Below are positions 35,018-39,382 of a DNA stretch of 39,382 nucleotides, one piece after another (positions within the stretch are counted from its first letter, which is position 1; the number at the start of each line of letters is the position of its first letter). The DNA comes from an archaeon. Lineage in GTDB: Archaea; EX4484-52; B79-G9. The stretch is from the NCBI GenBank assembly GCA_043813875.1, contig JBDRKP010000005.1:1-39382 (forward strand). The letters are read 5' to 3'. The position numbers and the translations under genes are program-made. The notes beneath the pieces are model-generated. The model did no database searches and was not told the DNA's origin. It saw nothing but the letters and a program-made list of their open reading frames with translations.

Positions 35018-36262
35018 ATGTATATCGAAATAATCATTCTGACTATACTGATTATACTGTCAGGAATCTTCTCCGGCATGGAAACCGCAATATTCTCACT
35101 CAGCAACATCAAAGTAAGAAACATGGTAAAACAAGGCAAAAAGGGCGCAAAAACGCTCATGAAACTTAAAGAGAATCCACATAAGCTTCTTGTCACGATA
35201 CTTGTCGGCAACAATGCAGTAAATGTAGCCGCATCAGCACTTGCTACATTCGTAGTCACTAAAGCACTCGGACCTACATCGGTTGGTCTTGGCCTTGGGA
35301 TAGCGACCGGACTGATGACATTTCTCCTGCTTGTTTTCGGGGAGATAACCCCTAAAGCCATCGCGCACCAGAATGCCGAAAAAATATCCCTCCTCGCCGC
35401 AAAACCCCTCGCTTTCATGACCCGCATGGTATCACCAGCAGTATGGATTCTTGAAAAGATAACCGGATTCCTGATCAAAATGATAGGCGGCAAACCAGAG
35501 AACCACCATATAACCTATGACGAACTCAGGACAACAATATCTGTCGGCGCAGAAGAAGGCATCATCAGGAAAGACGAAGAAGAGATAATACACAACATAT
35601 TTGACTTCAGCGCTACATCGGTAGAAGAAATAATGATACCACGGACAGATATGTTCTGCCTTGAAGCCAACACAAGAATAAAGAGTGCGCTGAAAATGAT
35701 CCCAGAAAACAGATACACAAGGATACCGGTATACAAAGAAAGCCTTGACAACATTGTCGGCATACTCTATGTAAAAGACCTCATAAAGTACAATGGCGGA
35801 AAAAAAGACGACCTGACAATTGAAAAAATAGCCCGCCCTCCATATTTCATCCCCGAAACAAAAAGCCTGCCGCTGCTACTCAAAGAATTCAGGAAAAAAA
35901 GAATACATATGGCGATAGTCGTAGATGAATCAGGCGGGATTGAAGGGCTCGTAACCCTCGAAGACATACTTGAAGAGATCGTCGGTGAGATTTACGATGA
36001 AACCGATGCAAAAGAAACACTTATAAGACCGATAGATGAGAAGAATTTCGAAGTCGAAGGAAAAGCGGAAGTCGATGACATAAACAAGATCCTGAAACTG
36101 GACATCCATGAAGAATACTTCAATACAATTGCAGGCTACATCATCCATAAACTAGGAAGGATCCCAAAAAAGTCTGAAAAGGTCGTATTGGACAAGATGG
36201 ACATCACGATTCTTGACGCTGACGACCAGAAAATAAACAAACTGAAAATAAAACTGCTATAG
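35018..36262 (+). CDS. CNNM (DUF21)-CBS-CorC membrane protein (hemolysin/TlyC-like)
   Basis: FSGMETAIFS, TILVGNN, FGEITPK, IMIPR, YTRIPVY, VVDE.GG..GLVTLEDILEEIVGEI.DE. Confidence 0.95.
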   Translation: MYIEIIILTILIILSGIFSGMETAIFSLSNIKVRNMVKQGKKGAKTLMKLKENPHKLLVTILVGNNAVNVAASALATFVVTKALGPTSVGLGLGIATGLMTFLLLVFGEITPKAIAHQNAEKISLLAAKPLAFMTRMVSPAVWILEKITGFLIKMIGGKPENHHITYDELRTTISVGAEEGIIRKDEEEIIHNIFDFSATSVEEIMIPRTDMFCLEANTRIKSALKMIPENRYTRIPVYKESLDNIVGILYVKDLIKYNGGKKDDLTIEKIARPPYFIPETKSLPLLLKEFRKKRIHMAIVVDESGGIEGLVTLEDILEEIVGEIYDETDAKETLIRPIDEKNFEVEGKAEVDDINKILKLDIHEEYFNTIAGYIIHKLGRIPKKSEKVVLDKMDITILDADDQKINKLKIKLL

Positions 36263-36295
36263 CGCAAGTCCGCTTCTACAAGGCCTGGTGAGAGC

Positions 36296-37837
36296 ATCAG
36301 AAGAAAAAAACCCGCGCACGAATATAAAAATAAGATATCAGCATTCTTCCTTTTCACAATACTGATAATCCTTATATATGCCTCATTTGAGAGGACATCC
36401 GAAAAAGACCTACAGGGCACAGGAGACACCATCCGCAACCCGGCAGTTGCAGGCGCATTCTACCCGTCATCAAAAAGTACCCTGCAAAACGCGGTTCAGA
36501 CATACTACCAAAAAACTCTGGTCACAGGCAGCGAAGAAGACATCCGGGCAATCATAGCCCCTCACGCAGGATACATATACTCCGGTCAGACCGCCGCCTA
36601 CGCATACAGAAACATAAGAGACAAAAAGACTGTACTCATCCTCGCCCCAAGCCACTATTTTTACTTCAGAGGCGCATCAATCGCAAATGTCACCCACTAC
36701 AAGACTCCGCTGGGCACAATACGGCTGTCATCTTTGACAGACAGCATAAGAAAAGATATGGACAAGGCAGGGCTGTTATATACAGGAGAAAACACGCATG
36801 ATAAAGAGCATTCCATAGAAGTACAACTGCCATACCTACAGGAATCCCTGAAAGACTTCGAACTGATACCGATACTCATCGGCGGCGCCACAGGCAAGGA
36901 CGACATAAAAAAAATCGCAGAAATATTAACAGCATACACAGACGATGACACATTGATAATCGCAAGTTCTGACTTCACGCACTACGGCCCGCGATACGGT
37001 TATGTCCCATTCAGCGAAACAATAGAAGACAACATAAGAAAACTGGACTACGAAGCGTTCGGATACATAGAAAAGATAGACACTGAAGGTTTCCTGAAAT
37101 ACATAGAGGAAACCGGCTCAACAATCTGCGGCAACAGGCCGATAGCCATCCTCCTTGAAATGATAAAAGGCACCGGACTGAAAGGAAGGCTATTAAATTA
37201 CGACACATCAGGACACATCAGTGGCGACTACGAAAATTCAGTAAGCTACGCCTCTTACGTTTTCTATAAGGACGAAAGCCTGGATCCAGAAGAACAAAAA
37301 TACCTGACAGCACTTGCAAGGGCCACTATAGACTCATACCTGAAAGACAAAAAGATTCTGAAAATAGACGCCGATACATTACCCAAAAAACTCACTGAAA
37401 AGAAAGGCTGCTTTGTGACCCTGACGAAAGCAGGAGAGCTAAGAGGCTGCATAGGCCACATATTCCCGCAAAAACCACTATATGAATGCGTGATTGAAAA
37501 CGCAGTCAGCGCAGCCACAAGCGATCCACGGTTCAGTCCCGTGACATATGACGAACTCGATGACATCCACATAGAAGTATCAGTGTTGTCAGTCCCGAAA
37601 CTCCTTGAGTTCTCATCGCCCGATGACCTTTTGAGCAGGCTCACACCACTAAGAGACGGCGTCGTTATCACATACGGCTTTAACAAAGCCACATATCTCC
37701 CACAGGTGTGGGAACAACTGCAGGACAAAGAGCAATTCATGGAGAGCCTCTGCCAGAAAGGCGGATCCTCCTCTGACTGCTGGAAAAAATCATCAGTAAA
37801 AATAGAGACCTACCAGGCGCAGGTATTCGGTGAATAA
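36296..37837 (+). CDS. AmmeMemoRadiSam protein B (MEMO1) - protein A (AMMECR1) fusion with N-terminal membrane anchor; proposed ATC start
   Basis: The frame extends upstream of the track start (36734) through IRNPAVAGAFYP, APHAGYIYSG and APSH; then EHSIEVQLP, SSDFTH, TICG; C-terminal FVTL...LRGCIG, DPRF, ATYLPQV. Confidence 0.9.
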   Translation: MRRKKPAHEYKNKISAFFLFTILIILIYASFERTSEKDLQGTGDTIRNPAVAGAFYPSSKSTLQNAVQTYYQKTLVTGSEEDIRAIIAPHAGYIYSGQTAAYAYRNIRDKKTVLILAPSHYFYFRGASIANVTHYKTPLGTIRLSSLTDSIRKDMDKAGLLYTGENTHDKEHSIEVQLPYLQESLKDFELIPILIGGATGKDDIKKIAEILTAYTDDDTLIIASSDFTHYGPRYGYVPFSETIEDNIRKLDYEAFGYIEKIDTEGFLKYIEETGSTICGNRPIAILLEMIKGTGLKGRLLNYDTSGHISGDYENSVSYASYVFYKDESLDPEEQKYLTALARATIDSYLKDKKILKIDADTLPKKLTEKKGCFVTLTKAGELRGCIGHIFPQKPLYECVIENAVSAATSDPRFSPVTYDELDDIHIEVSVLSVPKLLEFSSPDDLLSRLTPLRDGVVITYGFNKATYLPQVWEQLQDKEQFMESLCQKGGSSSDCWKKSSVKIETYQAQVFGE

Positions 37838-37879
37838 AAGGAGCCCTAATATCCCAAAGCACAGGACATATCCGGTTAA

Positions 37880-38040
37880 TCAATTATCAACGGCAAGGAT
37901 ATCCACAAGGAAAAGAACACATTCCGCTCAGGCATCGGTTATGTCCCCAAAGACATCTGCTTCTATCAGGATCTGACAGTATACGAGAACATGAGATACT
38001 TCGCCAAGATTTACGACTACCCTGAAGACAAGAATTCTAT
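37880..38040 (+). pseudogene. Internal fragment of an ABC transporter ATP-binding gene
   Basis: Startless frame IINGKDI...IGYVPKDICFYQDLTVYENMRYFAKIY (Q-loop region); no Walker A, signature or Walker B motif. Confidence 0.72.
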
Positions 38041-38125
38041 TCAGTATCTCGGGCACAAACCAAAAGAACCAATCATTTTATAAATAAACACAGCTCAAAT
38101 AACATCTTCAAAAAAAGGTGAACAA

Positions 38126-38659
38126 ATGGTAACAGTAAAAGGACACGAAATAAAAGCAGCACCCATTAGATCTGCATTTAATCGAAAAGCACTCCAATTC
38201 AACAACAATATCATCACACTCCTGAAAAGCATTGGCGTTGACGATCGCGATATAGATATCCCTTTCGAAAAGATGGCAATAAAAAAAGCCAAAGCATCCG
38301 TAACATGGTACTTATCAGGTCACCGGATGTACTTCAGCCATAACCTGCAAAACAGATTCGTAGATAACCTCTACATCCTATTCAAAGTGATTGAGATTGA
38401 GACAAACCAGATCCTCTCCAAAAAAAAGACACTCGATGAATTTATCGAAACATTCAAAGAAGATTCAGACATCGAAGACAAACGCAAAAATGCGCGGGAA
38501 TATTTAGGCCTTGACAGCAAAGAAAATGAGTTAGACATCATCAACAAAAAATACAAGACCATGGCAAGAGAATTGCACCCGGACATGTCCACAGGAGACA
38601 CCGAAAAATTCAAACAGCTGAATAATGCGCATAAGACCCTGAAAAGAGAATTAAGCTGA
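38126..38659 (+). CDS. Protein with C-terminal DnaJ (J) domain
   Basis: AREYLGL...[15 protein letters not shown]...[13 protein letters not shown] 4 nt upstream. Confidence 0.9.
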   Translation: MVTVKGHEIKAAPIRSAFNRKALQFNNNIITLLKSIGVDDRDIDIPFEKMAIKKAKASVTWYLSGHRMYFSHNLQNRFVDNLYILFKVIEIETNQILSKKKTLDEFIETFKEDSDIEDKRKNAREYLGLDSKENELDIINKKYKTMARELHPDMSTGDTEKFKQLNNAHKTLKRELS

Positions 38660-38701
38660 TTCTACCAGAAATAATTCATCACTTGTCGCGGTTTCCATCT
38701 C

Positions 38702-38818
38702 CATCAGCAGAGAATTCGACACGACAGAGATCGACGAAAAACTCATCGCGGCAGCAGCGATCATAGGATTCAAAAGCACACCGTACGCCCCATAAAGAAT
38801 CCCTAAAGCGACAGGGAA
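38702..38818 (-). pseudogene. C-terminal fragment of a Cu(I) P1B-type ATPase (CopA-like)
   Basis: [32 protein letters not shown] contains the MxxSS motif of the last helix; the rest of the gene is absent. Confidence 0.8.
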
Positions 38819-39083
38819 ACAATCAGCAAAAAACAATACACATTCTGCTGCCCTCATTGCGCAAAAGTCTTCATGTCAGGCGACCACAGGCATTGATAAC
38901 ATTGTGCTGTAAAGAAGAAAAACGCCTGCGTACACAGAACAGGCATATTCCAGAATTCTGTAAACTACGCCAGAAAGACAAAAGCCTGAAACACGAAAGG
39001 CAGGAATACCGCACAGCACTCAGAGAAACGATCGTACCTTTCAAATGGAAAAAGATAGTGTCTGCCTCGACACATATCACAGA

Positions 39084-39161
39084 TCAGATTATCCTCACAT
39101 AATAATATTCGAAGTCATATTCCTCTGTACTGTCGTTTAAAAAATTCCTCTCTTTATCCAT
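39084..39161 (-). CDS. Putative 25-aa peptide
   Basis: GGAGGTGG 5 nt before the ATG; MDKERNFLNDSTEEYDFEYYYVRII. Confidence 0.35.
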   Translation of the reverse strand: MDKERNFLNDSTEEYDFEYYYVRII

Positions 39162-39382
39162 ATTTTCCACCTCCTGCAATATCCAACATCGATAGACACT
39201 GTATGGAACGTGGCAGGCCTGGGCGTTCATCTGGATAACGCCACTAGCCTGCCGGAATCTTAGGGCTCGGATATAATGACTATTACCTCCTTTATTTTTT
39301 TACCTGCTCATTCCAAACCGGCATCCTTCATTTCACCTCCTGTGCATATCAAGTCCATAATAAGATTCAGTTTTTCGCATGG

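Noticed and set aside
39333..39380. MRKTESYYGLDMHRR* as an IS110 transposase N-terminus
   Set aside because: Resembles the GxDxH motif but stops immediately, with no downstream transposase sequence.
1..39382. tRNA, rRNA, integrase or transposase genes
   Set aside because: None recognised by eye; a tRNAscan/Rfam/ISEScan run would be needed to exclude divergent ones.

Overview
Archaeal chromosome segment (eS6, uL16/L10e, Hef, GGTGA-type ribosome-binding sites, TATA boxes). The gene content suggests a DPANN-type lineage, which is an inference. Left to right: a four-gene polysaccharide operon, a SAMHD1-like HD protein, a YkgJ-like protein, a nucleotidyltransferase, a chimeric Bro-N/KilA-N remnant, a GH57 amylase, rpl10e, acylphosphatase, hef, an orphan receiver domain, a HerA-like ATPase, a 741-aa coiled-coil protein, four class III signal peptide (pilin-like) genes including a 1537-aa vWA adhesin with nested domains, small housekeeping genes, a bacterial-type metK, two tandem exported paralogs, rps6e, a CNNM/CBS protein, an AmmeMemoRadiSam B-A fusion lacking a canonical start codon, a J-domain protein and several transporter gene fragments. 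The most unusual signal is non-coding: at least six intergenic copies of a modular hairpin element. Its short linkers (TATAGT / CCAT-AT / ACTATA and TCRTG / CAAGC) are conserved while the stems differ but stay complementary, and no cognate transposase is present in the window. A strand-composition flip near 31.3 kb suggests a replichore boundary. All calls come from motif reading by eye; no searches were run.
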